This document shows positions 14,484 to 28,363 of a stretch of DNA of 64,000 bases, piece by piece. Within the stretch, counting starts at the first letter, position 1. Each line of letters opens with the position of its first letter. Made by a program: the position numbers and the translations under genes. The stretch is from contig OZ024745.1 of NCBI GenBank assembly GCA_964016885.1, positions 95,170,001 through 95,234,000 of the forward strand, given 5' to 3'. This DNA comes from Eledone cirrhosa. Its lineage: Eukaryota. A model generated the notes under the pieces. It did no database searches. It had not been told where the DNA came from and worked only from the letters and a program-made list of their open reading frames with translations.

Positions 14484-14896
14484 ATTTGAGTTTTTTCGAA
14501 TATTAATAATAACAGTCGATTCGTTTGCAATTATGAAAACAAGCCTCAATTATATAGCCATGTCAGTAGAATGAACATTTCATTCTTGCTCTTATGTTGG
14601 CATATGAACAGAACTGCAGACACTAATGTTTCTGGGTAACACCCTTCATCAGTACAGCTCACTGTTCACCCGCCAAACTGTCAGAGCTAGTGAAAATATA
14701 TGCGCCTGACAGTTTGGCAGGTGAACAGTGAGCTGTACTGATGAAGGGTGATACCCAGAAACATTAGTGTCTGCAGTTCTGTTCGCATAAGAGAAAGAAT
14801 GAAGTGTTTATTCTACTGACATGGCTATAAAATTGAGGCTTGTTTGCATAATTGCAAACGAATCGAATGTTATTATTAATATTCGAAAAACTCAGA
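14484..14896. repeat. ~200 bp near-perfect palindrome (pLTR fold-back)
   Basis: 14484-14684 is the reverse complement of 14706-14896. A related sequence lies at 27262-27436. Confidence 0.85.
14730..14779 (+). ncRNA. Type I hammerhead ribozyme (mirror copy 14611-14660 on minus strand)
   Basis: GAGCTGTA-CTGATGA-AGGGT-GAT-ACCCA-GAAA-CA-TTAG-TG-TC-TGCAGTTC. All stems pair and the cleavage triplet is GUC. Confidence 0.85.
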
Positions 14897-15708
14897 TTAT
14901 ATTTATTGTATTCAGCCATGTAGAGCGAAACTTTCTTTTACATATATATATATATATACAATAAAGTATGTCCATAGAATCATTTGATAAAATATATACA
15001 CCATTTCCTCTCCCAATCAGCATAATCAACCACACAAAAAACCAATTAAACCAGGCTATAAGATTAAAAGACACCTATGAAGAAATAATAGATGAATAAA
15101 CAACAGCTATATATTCGCGATCAACAACTATAGAATATTTATCCAGTATTTCTAAAAGCACGTGGAAATCAATTAAATATATCGTCAACCATACACAATT
15201 AGGTATAAAATCAAAGTTAGAAGAAAATATATATATATATTAGAAAAGTTCGGGCTCGACGGTTGAGCACTTGCCGTTTTGACAGCTAGTACCAGACTGT
15301 TCGGTTATCGTGCTGGGTGGTGCCGGGATAGAAGTGTGATATAGGTAGAAGTGTGCTCTAGTACTATAGTTGAGGCTATCTATATCACGATTAAACCAAA
15401 GTCAAACTAGATAGACCATTATTCAACAGAATACTTGATACTTGATACCCAGAAAAAATCTGGGCCCAACGGTTGAGCTCTTGCCGCTTCGACAGCTTGT
15501 TCATACTCTACTATCTCAAGTATCGAGTACGCTGTTCAATAATGGTCTAATTTATTTAATACTGGTTTAATCATGCTATATGTATGTTTGTATATATATA
15601 TATATAAGCAACCGTCTCCAACTGATCCAGCCAGATCAGTTGGAGACGGTTGCTTCCAATGGGACCCGCTGGAAGGACTGTTTGAGGACTCTTCTACCAC
15701 GATTCTCT

Positions 15709-15779
15709 CAAGAAGAAGAAGAAGAAGAAGAAGAAGAAGAAGAAGAAGAAGAAGAAGAAGAAGAAGAAGAAGAAGAAGA
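15709..15779. repeat. (GAA)n trinucleotide repeat
   Basis: About 23 perfect units. Confidence 0.95.
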
Positions 15780-17608
15780 TATGATATATGGGAATGAGTA
15801 AAGAATATAAGACGATGCAGTTTAAAATTAAAATATAAAGAATTAAATACGATGAAGATTATGGGAATGTAAAATTCTAGAATATGGGGTTATGAAGTAT
15901 AGAGCTGTGATATGTAGTGGAATGTATGATAGTGGTGATGGTGGAAGCTATGGCGGATGAGTGAGTAAGTGGTGGCGGAGATATTGGTGTTAATAAATGT
16001 ATGAAATATATAAAATATATGAGGTATGAATATATCTTCTGGATATATAATGTCTGTGTGTATCATTGACTACACATGACAGCAGATTACCAGCTCTGAC
16101 CGAATTCTAAGAAATATTATCAGATACTTAGCAAACTTGCTTGTATTTGCTTTCAAAGGAAGTGTTTAAGTACATATCCGGTCCTTATTCTTTTTAAACC
16201 GTTCGTTCCTCAGCAACTACATAAATAAACTTGCCCCAAAATATTTGCACACACACACAAACTCACATAGTATAAACCTTCTGGGGATCATTCGACCTAT
16301 AGGAAATAGCAACGGAATCTTGCTCAAATTACATCCTGAAGTCTTGAACAAGAAACAACACATTCAATAATATGGTCCTGGTTAAACTCTGTGAAGAATG
16401 ATTATGAGATTATGGCGACTGGATTGAATCTGATCACAGATCAACTTGATCGAACATATTTGGTATGAACACCAGCGAGTATGAACCTCTGCGGGTTACG
16501 ATGATTAGTGTTATGGTTGTTTGATGAACCGAACAGCCAGCTCTTGATATTAAGGTGTAAATGTCTAAACAGTCCACAAACACGTGTACCCTTGAGGTAA
16601 GTCTCGGAAAATTGAGCGTGACATAGTGGCAAGGCTGGTCATATGAACTACTGGTATAATCCGATGGGATTTCAAACAGTTTCCATCGACAGAATTTCGG
16701 TCACAAGTCGTGGGTCAATGCGAGGCTAATGTAAAGTATTTGCACAAGAGTTACGCTGGGAAATCCGGGACCTAATAAAATTAGGTTTGTAATTTCAACC
16801 CATAGAGTTTATATTTAAATCATAAACTTCGCCATTCTCGTTTTCATACTCACTACATTGACACGATATTTTTAATTCCCAAGAGATGAACCGAGTTTCA
16901 TGCAATATTAATAAATATGGTATTAGGTGTGGAGAATACGAAAATACCGAACTAGAGTGCTTAGAATGACAAAATAAAAGAAGCAGGGAGATAGAAATAG
17001 CTACCATTGTTGAATATGACAATAGATGAAAAATAAAACCGTGTTCTGTAACTCCACAGAAAGAGTTACGCTGCCTATGCTTGTAAATCACGAGAATTAT
17101 CAAAATACATCGTTGAAATGAAAGATTAACAATATAACCTATGGATACACAGTAATATTATCTCTTAGTCTTCATCATCATCATCAACATCAGCTGTGGC
17201 GACGTCTAGTTGACTCAATTAAAGTTTAATCTATTCAGTAGACTTAACAAATGAATACAACAATAGGCAGGTTCATTGTAAACCTCACTAATGATAATGC
17301 TATTTCATCAAGGATCGACTAGACATGAAAATGGGCGGTTGTCACACATATTTATTTTCTCTTTCCAGCGTTGCTCTTTTGCACAACTAAAACTTATTTT
17401 CTCTTCTCTCTTTTCAGACGTCAGCATTATATTTCTGCTTGTTTCTATGTTGTCATATTGCCTCACATGAATCTCTCCAGTGTGTCAGTCGTCCAATGTA
17501 TTATGCAAATTGGTATTATTCTGCAATCCAGTCGTTATGCACGAAAGTGAATTCCAAAGGGTGTGTTAAAAACGAAGCTGGGTGCTTTTGTTTAGTTGTC
17601 ATATGAAT

Positions 17609-17681
<73 letters not shown>

Positions 17682-18165
17682 AAAGTTAGTAGAGGATAAA
17701 CGAAGCTCTGGTTGCAGCTAAGCTAACGAATGCAATCGGGATGTGCAGCTAAGCACTCAATAAGGTATATTACCTTAGAGTTATAACATTACGTTTAGAC
17801 AGCTTTGCAAATTGAAAACAGCGACCGATAAGCGAGCCGCAGTGACCAAAGCAACGAAAAAAACTGACTCAGGAAAATATGACAAACCTGGACCATCGCG
17901 TTGATATTATATAATATCTCCGCTAGGTTTCTGTAAATCCCAGATTAACAAAATCTACTTGCATGGGCCTGCAAGTTATTGCTTTTGAAACATAGAACAG
18001 TGGAATTTACTTCATCAACAAGTTTTCGTTCTAGTCCGCTCTTGTTGTGAATATTAGCAGTAATCACGGCCAGTAGTCACGTGGTTTTCCCGAAGGGAGG
18101 TAACCTCCGGTTTTGGCGGTCAAATTCAAAATTTGAACAAAGGAATAAATTCCTTTACACAAACC

Positions 18166-18196
<31 letters not shown>

Positions 18197-18197
<1 letters not shown>

Positions 18198-21178
18198 CGG
18201 CGATGAATTTGTTTTGCGTGTGTCGAAACAAATATTGTTATGCTTGGAGAGGGTCCTATTGTTGTAATAATATTGCCAGAATTAATAACAGAACACACTC
18301 ACTGTTTGGTTGCTTTTCGCTTCTGTATCTTTTATATCAGTTAATTCATTCGGTCCTCAATGTTTACCATTCACTGAGAAACGGTCAAAAATACAGATAT
18401 AATATAGATATAAACACATATATATAGTCTAACAAAGTTCTTTCGTTGCACATCTCCAACATCGTCAGTGGTGCTATTATGTTCCTCCTGTTGTATTGTA
18501 TATTTACGCCATCTTTATTTAATCTCTTTATTTATTTATTTTTGTATTCTTCTATGCGCATGCGTTTGCGTGTGTGTATAGTGTTTGCTGTGTGTTCGCG
18601 TTTGGGTGACTGTGTTTTGGTTATTGTATTCTATCTTAGTTTACTAGTGTGTGCTTATAGGTGTTTGTTGTTATTGTGCTTGTGTATATATTTATTTATT
18701 TATTTATTTATTTATATTTCTCTTAGGTCAATATTGTTTGTTTGGGTGTTGTTATTCCATTCATTTTTTCTGTTTAGCTTTGGCCTTCTAAGTTCTATTT
18801 CACTTGCCTCTCTGATTTGCCTATCTGCTGGGTCATTTCTATGTTTAGATATTATTTTAATTTCTATGTTGTCTATGTTACCGTCATGTTGTTATCTGGC
18901 GTGTTCGTATAGTACTGAACTGTTTTTTTTTCCTTTTAGTTCCCCTCAGTGTTGGTCTATCCTTTCAGCTATGCTACGAGCTGTCTCGCCTATGTATGTT
19001 GTTGTCATGTTTCTGCAAGTACCCTCTGAACATCTTATGGTATAGACTACGTTTCTAGTTTTACAGTTTATCCGGGGGTTTACTTTACATATAATACATT
19101 TCCTATTAGTACAGTGGGTTTTCTTAAATGGGTATGTTTTGCTGAATCAAAGATTTTATGGTAGTTCCTGGCTTTTCTACCACCTTAATATTTAAGTGGG
19201 TCTTTCTCAGGGCCTTTCTACATTGGTTAGCTAATTTCCCTCCAGGGGTAGCGTCGATGAACATGACGCTCTGGTATCTCTGGTTGTCGTACCATGAGGT
19301 GGCTTCCTCTATCTTATGTTTACTCCTATCTAAGCTATTCCATAATTTGCTCCTCTATAATGGGCAAATTCCTTTCATGTCCAGTTCTATGAGGGTCTTA
19401 TACTTCTCCGTGGCTCCTTCGTATACTCTGATTCTGTCTCTTTGGTTGTAGCCAGAGAACTGCATGTGGTTGATGAAGTGTTGTATGTGTCTTTCCATTT
19501 CTGTTGGATCGCACATGCGGGACACGTTCTTCATCACTCGTACCAAGTCTGCGATCAGAATATTAAACTTAGCACTACTGGACATTGCTGAATTTTTTAG
19601 TATCAGATATTTGGAGGCCATGGGTTTAGCGTAGTGTGAGTGGAGAATTTGGGCCCTCTCGTCTATAGTGTTAATCCAGAGTTCCGTGTATAATACAGGT
19701 AGTCTATTGTTAGGGTGTTTGGAAGCGTAGTCGATAGTTACAGTTATACTCTGGTGTATGGAATTAGCTATCTGCTGGATGCTTTCCATTGTGCTACATT
19801 CTAAATCATGTTCGTTAGTACTCTCTTGTGGGGGTGTCCTTATTACTATATTAATGTCGTCTACGTAACGAGAGTACATGATGAGCTCTATGGAGCTCTA
19901 ATCAAGGAGATCTTTGAGTCTCCTTTCCCACCATACCATAAGAAGGTTGGCAACGACACCAGCTATGCTGAGGCCAATGGCTGCTCCCTCATTTTGGGTG
20001 TAGATCTTCTCGTTGAATTTGAATATGTGGCCTTTTAGGGTTGTTTTACTACTAGCCCCTATTTAATGCGCGACCATTTTTCTTACCTTATCATTGTTTT
20101 GGGGGACCATATGGCTGTGGTCCACCCAATCCACCTTCCCATGGGAGCCTTTTTGCCATTAAGGTTATGGTGGGGGGGGGGTCTACCTCTTATGGGTCTA
20201 CTGGGGCAGAAACGACTAAGGTCATGGCTGTCTAGGTAGTCGGTGTCATAGGTATAACTAGGTAGGAGGCCCAGTTCGTCTCTGTCGACGTCACAGAACT
20301 CCACCTCACTCTCACTGATCATCTCCACACATCGTTCCACAGCAAAATCAAAGTTAATGGATGGGTACAGGAACTACCATGAAATCCCTGATCAGCAAAA
20401 CTTTTAAGATAACCCACTGTAGTAATAGGATTATATGTAATTATATGTATTATATGTAAAGTAAACCCCCGGATAAACTGTAAAGCTCGAAACGTAGTCT
20501 ATAGCATAAGATGTACAGCGAGTACTTGCAGAAACATGACAACAACATACATAGGCGAGACAGCTCATAGCATAGGTGAAAGGATAGACCAACACTGGGG
20601 GGAACTAAAAGGAGGAAAAAACGGTTCAGTAATATACGAACACGCCAGACAACAACATGACGGTAATATAGACAACATAGAAATTAAAATAATATCTAAA
20701 CATAGAAATGACCCAGCAGATAGGCAAATCAGAGAGGCAAGTTAAATAGAACTTAGAAGGCCAAAGCTAAACAGAAAAAATGAATGGAATAACAACACCC
20801 AAACAAACAATATTGACCTAAGAGAAATATAAATAAATAAATAAATAAATATATACACAAGCACAATAACCACAAACACATATAAGCACACACTAGTAAA
20901 CTAAGATAGAATACAATAACCAAAACACAGTCACCCAAACGCGAACACACAGCAAATACTATACACACACACACAAACGCATGCACATAGAAGAATACAA
21001 AAATGAATAAATAAACAAATTAAATAAAGATGGCGTAAATATACAATACAACAGGAGGAACATAATAGCACCACTGACGATGTTGCAGATGTGCAACGAA
21101 GGAACTTTGTTAGACTATATATATGTGTTTATATCTATATTATATCTGTATTTTTGAACATTGGTCAGTGAATGGTAA
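18197..21178 (-). mobile_element. 5'-truncated PLE with inverted 5' duplication (Neptune/Nematis-like), copy B
   Basis: RT-EN on minus strand to ~20370. 20368-21178 is an inverted copy of ~18365-19170. Hammerhead cores CTGACGA-TGTTG..CAAC-GAA at 18424-18476 (-) and ~21065-21118 (+). (TA)n flanks. Confidence 0.9.
18712..20370 (-). pseudogene. Frameshifted PLE RT + GIY-YIG endonuclease
   Basis: YSRYVDD motif. Fragments are colinear with, and highly similar to, the 553-aa ORF at 22899-24560. Confidence 0.9.
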
Positions 21179-21216
21179 TATATATATATATATATGTATA
21201 TACATACATATATATG

Positions 21217-21318
<102 letters not shown>

Positions 21319-21397
21319 GAGAGGGGGGGAAAGCTATTCTACGTATTAAGTACTCTAGTGCTTATGGTCCGCCTGGCATCTTACCACACCCTCTTTG

Positions 21398-21438
<41 letters not shown>

Positions 21439-21589
21439 CTCCAGGCCAGGCTTCTGCCTGCTGCTAGTACCATGCTACCCAGTGCAACCCGCATCATTGT
21501 CGAGTGGTCAGTGACTAAACCAGTTCCCTCAGATGTCACCAGGTTCTTACGTAACCTGACTACTGAAATATGCATAGAGTTTGCAGAAA

Positions 21590-21775
21590 TAAATAATTGT
21601 TTCTACTTTAGGCACAAGGTCAGCAATACCCAGTGCATTACTGGTACTTTATTTTATCGACCCCGTAAGGATGAAAGGTAAAGTCAACCTCGGCGGGATT
21701 TGAACTCAGATCGTAAAGGGACGTAACTATGCTGGAAAGCATGGCGTCCGACCCTCTACCGATACTGCCAATCCA
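21590..21775 (-). mobile_element. tRNA-derived SINE
   Basis: Near-identical to 231-422, including A and B boxes. Confidence 0.8.
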
Positions 21776-21841
21776 ATAAATAATTAATGCAATTCAACAT
21801 TTTTGGCTTCCTGTTATTTCACTTTATAATTATATATATAT

Positions 21842-22001
<160 letters not shown>

Positions 22002-22294
22002 GTGCGTGTGTGCGTGTGTGCGTGTGTGCGTGTGTGCATGTATGCATTAAAATATTCGATGATATGGTTTCAAATGCTAAATCAAGAACGAAAACACGAA
22101 AGAAAAAAAAAATTTCGGAATAGTTGAAATATAAAGCAACTCATCCACTTAATCCCAATTTTAAACGTAGACAGATGCGTTGGCTTATTTGGAAAGCATG
22201 TTCTGTTAATATTTTCTTTCAATAATATATTATTAAAAATCCGTTAATTAGAAAAATAATAATTTTATAGATTCTTATCAATCTTGCATGAATA

Positions 22295-22331
<37 letters not shown>

Positions 22332-22898
22332 TTGCGAGGTTTTTTATATGAAATCGTGTGTCGAAACAGATATTGTTATATTTGGGGAGGGTCATATTTG
22401 CGTAATATTGCCAGAATTAATAACAGAACACACTCACTGTTTGGTTGGTTTTCGCTTCTCGCTGTCTTTTATATATATATATCTGCGATCTAACTTACTC
22501 GGTCCTCAATGTTGCCATTGACTGACCGGCGGTCAAAAATAATACAGATACAATATAGACAAACACATATATATATAGTTTACATAAATCTTTCGTTGCA
22601 CATCTGCAACATCGTCAGTGGTGTTATATTCATTGTTCCTCCTGTTGTGTTGTATGTCTACGCCATTTTTTTTTTTGTTCAGTCTGTCTATATATTTATT
22701 TATTTATTTGCTTGTTTGTTTATCTTATTTTATTTTGTCTTCTTTGCGCATGCGTTTGCGTGTGTGTATAGTGTTATGTGTGATGTGTGATGTGTGACTA
22801 GTGTGTATAGTGTTGTCTGCTGGGTGACTAGTGTGTGTTTATGTGCTTGTGTATGTATTTATTTATCTTATTTTATTTAATTTAATTTACTTATTTAT

Positions 22899-24556
22899 TT
22901 ATACTTCTCTTAGGTCAGTGTTGTTTGTTTGGGTGTTGTTGTTGTTCCACTCATTCTTTCTGTTTAGCTTTGGTCTTCTAATTTCTATTTCACTGGCCTC
23001 TCTGATTTGCCTATCTGCTGGGTCATTCCTATGTTTAGATATTATTCTAATTTCTATGTTGTCTATGTTACCGTCATGATGTTGTCTAGCATGTTCGTAT
23101 AGTACTGACCCGTTTTTTCGTCCTTTTAGTTCCCCCCAGTGTTGGTCTATCCTTTCACCTATGCTACGAGCTGTCTCACCTATGTATGTTGTTGTCGTGT
23201 TTCTGCAAGTACCCTCTGTACATCTTATGCTATAGACTACGTTTCTAGTTTTACAGTTTATCCGGGGGTTCACCTTACATATGATACATTTCCTATTGGT
23301 ACAGTGGGTTTTCTTAAAAGGGTAGGTTTTGCTGATCAGGGATTTTATGGTGGTTCCTGGCTTTTCTACCACCTTTATTTTTAAGTGGGTCTTTCTCAGG
23401 GCCTTTCTACACTGGTTAGCTAATTTCCCTCCAGGGGTGGCGTCCACAAACATGACACTCTGATATCTCTGGTTGTCGTACCATGATGTGGCCTTCCCTA
23501 TCTTATGTCTAGCCCTATCTAAGCTATTCCATGATTTGCTCCTGTATAGTGGGCAAATTCCTTTCATGTCCAGTTCTATGAGGGTCTTATACTTTTCCAT
23601 GGCTCCTTCGTATACTCTGACTCTGTCTCTTTGGTTGTAGCCAGAGAACTGCATGCGGTTGATGAAGTGTTGGATGTGTCCTTCCATTTCTGTTGGGTCG
23701 CACATGCTGGACACATTCTTCATCACTCGTACCAAATCTGCGATCAGAATATTAAACTTAGCACTACTGGACATTGCTGAGTTTTTGAGTATCAGGTATT
23801 TGGAGGCCATGGGTTTAGCATAGTGTGAGTGGAGAATTTGGGCTCTCTCGTCTATAGTGTTAATCCAGAGTTCTGTGTCTAATACAGGTAGTCTATTGTT
23901 AGGGTGTTTGGAAGGGAAGTCTATAGTTACAGTTATACTCTGGTGTATGGAATTAGCTATCTGCTGGATGCTTTCCATCGTGCTACGTTCTAAATCAAAC
24001 TTGTTAGTGCTCTCTAGTGGGGGTGTTCTTATAACTATATTGATATCGTCTACATAACGAGAGTACATGATGAGGTCTATGGAGCTTTCATTAAGGAGAT
24101 CTTTAAGTCTCCTTTCCCACCATACCATGAAAAGGTTGGCAACATCGCCAGCTATGCTGACGCCGATGGCTGCTCCCTCATTTTGGGTGTAGATTTTCTC
24201 ATTGAACTTAAATATGTGGCCCTTTAGGGTAGTTTTGATACTAGCCCCTATTGCATGTGCGACCATTTTTCTTACCTGATCAGTGTTTTGGGGGGTCCGT
24301 ATAGCTTTGGTCCACCCAATCCACCTTCCTATGGGAGTCTTTTTAGCCATTGAGGTTATGGTGGGGGGTCTACCTCTTATAGGTCTACTAGGGCAGAAAC
24401 ATCTAAGGTCATGGCTGTCTAGGTAGTCAGTGTCGTAGGTAAGTCTAAGTAGGAGGCCCAGTTCGTCTGTGTCGACGTCGCAGAACTCCACCTCACTCTC
24501 AATGATCATCTCCACACATCTTTTCACAGCAAAATCAATGTTAATGGATGGGTACA
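22899..24556 (-). CDS. PLE reverse transcriptase (N-truncated at motif A) + Cys-rich linker + GIY-YIG endonuclease
   Basis: LYPSI, QNEGAAIG, YSRYVDD, LPVLD, C..KC.IC...NC..RNVVY.I.C, YIGETARS..ER..H, RQIREA, LNRKNE. Open frame, but the first catalytic Asp and the native start are missing. Confidence 0.85.
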
Positions 24557-24990
24557 GCAAAACCTACCCTTTTAAGAAAACCCACTGTACCAATAGGAAA
24601 TGTATCATATGTAAGGTGAACCCCCGGATAAACTGTAAAACTAGAAACGTAGTCTATAGCATAAGATGTACAGAGGGTACTTGCAGAAACACGACAACAA
24701 CATACATAGGTGAGACAGCTCGTAGCATAGGTGAAAGGATAGACCAACACTGGGGGGAACTAAAAGGACGAAAAAACGGGTCAGTACTATACGAACATGC
24801 TAGACAACATCATGACGGTAACATAGACAACATAGAAATTAGAATAATATCTAAACATAGGAATGACCCAGCAGATAGGCAAATCAGAGAGGCCAGTGAA
24901 ATAGAAATTAGAAGACCAAAGCTAAACAGAAAGAATGAGTGGAACAACAACAACACCCAAACAAACAACACTGACCTAAGAGAAGTATAA
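24502..24990 (+). CDS. Endonuclease-only ORF created by the inversion (hypothetical)
   Basis: ATGs at 24502/24538/24544, from antisense RT sequence, are in frame with the duplicated Cys-rich + GIY-YIG domain. Expression unknown. Confidence 0.4.
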   Translation: MIISTHLFTAKSMLMDGYSKTYPFKKTHCTNRKCIICKVNPRINCKTRNVVYSIRCTEGTCRNTTTTYIGETARSIGERIDQHWGELKGRKNGSVLYEHARQHHDGNIDNIEIRIISKHRNDPADRQIREASEIEIRRPKLNRKNEWNNNNTQTNNTDLREV

Positions 24991-25511
24991 ATAAATAAGT
25001 AAATTAAATTAAATAAAATAAGATAAATAAATACATACACAAGCACATAAACACACACTAGTCACCCAGCAGACAACACTATACACACTAGTCACACATC
25101 ACACATCACACATAACACTATACACACACGCAAACGCATGCGCAAAGAAGACAAAATAAAATAAGATAAACAAACAAGCAAATAAATAAATAAATATATA
25201 GACAGACTGAACAAAAAAAAAAATGGCGTAGACATACAACACAACAGGAGGAACAATGAATATAACACCACTGACGATGTTGCAGATGTGCAACGAAAGA
25301 TTTATGTAAACTATATATATATGTGTTTGTCTATATTGTATCTGTATTATTTTTGACCGCCGGTCAGTCAATGGCAACATTGAGGACCGAGTAAGTTAGA
25401 TCGCAGATATATATATATAAAAGACAGCGAGAAGCGAAAACCAACCAAACAGTGAGTGTGTTCTGTTATTAATTCTGGCAATATTACGCAAATATGACCC
25501 TCCCCAAATAT

Positions 25512-25594
<83 letters not shown>

Positions 25595-25667
25595 TCAATA
25601 TTAATCAGTATAGGTTAAGTAATTAGAATGTGAAATATTGCCATGATACATTCACACGTTCACGAAG

Positions 25668-25770
<103 letters not shown>

Positions 25771-25868
25771 TTTATCCCGTGTTCAATCGAGGGTAACCAC
25801 AGTAAGTAAGGTACTCAATACATAGCAGAGTATAAATATTTAGTATAGAAATGGCTTCTGCAGGACTG

Positions 25869-26229
25869 TTTCATTCGGGAAAAAAGAAAAAGAAAAAAGG
25901 TAAGAAGAAAAATGAAAAAAGAAAAACGAAAAAAAAAAGAAAAAAGAAAAAAGAAAAAAGAAAAAAAAAAGAAAAAAGAAAAAAGAAGAAAAAAAAGAAA
26001 AAAGAAAAAAGAAAAAAGAAAAAAGAAAAAAGAAAAAAGAAAAAAGAAAAAAGAAAAAAGAAAAAAAATTCAAATCTTTAGGATGGATGCATCGTAAAGA
26101 TTTGAAATTTTTGTCTTTTTTTTCTTTCTTTTTTCTTCTTTTTTTTTCTTTTTTCTTTTTTCTTTTTTTCTTTTTTCTTTTTTCTTTTTTTTTTTCTTTT
26201 TTCTTTTTTCTTTTTTCTTTTTTCTTTTC
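25869..26229. repeat. (GAAAAAA)n / (TTTTTTC)n inverted heptamer arrays around a hairpin
   Basis: Purine arm 25869-26068, centre TTCAAATCTTTA..TAAAGATTTGAA, pyrimidine arm ~26115-26229. Confidence 0.85.
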
Positions 26230-26301
26230 ACTATCCAAACGGAACCTGAACCGATAAGTTCTGGTTTCTGGAGTATGTCACTATTTATAAAACAAATTTT
26301 G

Positions 26302-26362
26302 TATTTTATCTGATGAAAGCATACCAAAGTTTTGGTACCCTTGAAATATATATAATAAAATA
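26302..26362 (+). ncRNA. Minimal type I hammerhead ribozyme
   Basis: TATTTTAT-CTGATGA-AAGCATACCAAA-GT-TTTGGTACCCTT-GAAA-TATATA-TA-ATAAAATA. Confidence 0.85.
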
Positions 26363-26392
26363 AAATGGTTTTATAAATATAGCTTCCATTTA

Positions 26393-26431
<39 letters not shown>

Positions 26432-26439
<8 letters not shown>

Positions 26440-26985
26440 CAAGGTTTTAGCAAATAATGAAAAAGTTTCAAAATAAATTTTTAAAAATTAACTTTACTTA
26501 ATATAGTTACCTTTACCGAATCGGTTTCGAATCTCAAAAATAAACGGAGACCATACGGCCTTCGTTGCAAAGAAAGATTCTCGTCAGAAGGTTCTTTTCA
26601 TTCGAAGAATATAAAATTCTTGAATTTAAATTACGAACTAGCGCTATCCAAATCTGTTCCCGAGATGAGAGTAAATGAAGTGGAATCAATTTTTTCAAGG
26701 GCCGAAGTAAAGATAGAGGCAAAGGGAGGTAGGTCAATCGGCCACCACTATCGCTAGCAGCAGTCGGAACGACCAAATATTTTCTCAACATAGAGGATAT
26801 AGTAATAATAGGATATGTGTTCCTACACGCACAAGGCGAATCTTTCTTTGCAACGAAGGTCGTATGGTCTCCATTTATTTTTGAGATTCGAAACAGATTC
26901 GGTAAAGGTAACTATAGTAAGTAAAGTTAATTTTTTTAAATTTATTTTGAAACTTTTTCATTATTTGCTAAACCTTGATTATATA
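26432..26985. repeat. ~150 bp inverted repeat element
   Basis: 26432-26580 is inverted relative to 26838-26985, with a 260 bp spacer. Confidence 0.75.
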
Positions 26986-27089
26986 TGTTCTGGCTCGTTA
27001 ATTTATTAACCTGCCATTGAACCACATTGGCATATGGTTGGACAATACATGTGTCCCTTAGCGCCTTGTGCGTGTAGGAACACATATCC

Positions 27090-27230
<141 letters not shown>

Positions 27231-28100
27231 ACTAATATAGTGAGCTATACGTTCAGATTACAGAAACATTAGTGTCAGCCGTTCTGTTTATATCCGAACA
27301 CAAGAGCAAGAATGACGGTGTCATTCTACTTACATGCCTAAAGAGGCTGTTTGCATAATTGCAAACGAATCGAATATTGTTATTAATATTCGAAAAGCTC
27401 AGATTTACATTTTTTGCATCTAGCCATGTAGAGCGATAAAATTATTTGTTAGTTATTTAACTATTACAAAGCAGGCCATTAATTACTTGTATACACGAAA
27501 CTGACTGGCCTATCTGCTGATATGCAAATCTGGCTGATATGCAAAAATGTGTGTATGTATATATGTATATATGTAAGTATGTATGTTTGTATGTATGTAT
27601 GCCTGTATGTATGTATGTTATGTCAGGTCACTTCGAGTGCTACTGGTAACATGTAAACCAGTACAACCTGTCTCATGGTCGGTTCATCGGCGACAAAACC
27701 GGCAACCCTACTAAGCTTGCTTGGTGAGGAGGGCGATATTTGGACACCCTGCGTGGTGAAATACAAGACCCGGCAAAAGGCGGAGGAACTCAGTACAGTC
27801 AACGGCCATCTAAATAGTACTTTGTAATTGTTTCCACCTGGCAGTGAAAGCCCGCCAGATGTCACAATATATATTTATAGATGTATATATATATATAGGA
27901 AAAGAGTCAGGCCCCGACGGCTGAGCTCCGGCCGTTTCGCCATATAGATCCGAACTCGGATCTAACTGTCGAAACGAGCGGAGCTCAGTCATGGGGATCC
28001 TGACTCTTTTCCTATTACCCACTCTACTACCCTAAGTATCGAGTACACTGGTGCGTTAAGGTCGACCTGGTTCCTTACCACACTTTCTTTGTTATATATG

Positions 28101-28363
<263 letters not shown>

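Larger units (their letters stand above)
22329..25517 (-). mobile_element. 5'-truncated PLE with ~960 bp inverted repeat, copy C
   Basis: 24555-25517 is the reverse complement of ~22370-23333; the translated ORFs are identical in both arms. Hammerhead cores at ~25271-25298 (+) and ~22591-22618 (-). (TA)n flanks. Confidence 0.92.

Noticed and set aside
18446-19045. 199-aa hydrophobic plus-strand ORF
   Set aside because: Antisense shadow of the PLE endonuclease and 3' UTR.
25840-26327. Lys/Glu/Arg-rich and Phe-rich ORFs (also 47127-47374 and 15573-15801)
   Set aside because: Simple-repeat translations.
27620-27865. GC-richer segment resembling a LINE (RTE) 5' UTR
   Set aside because: Single copy in the window with no adjoining ORF, so it cannot be supported without a database search.
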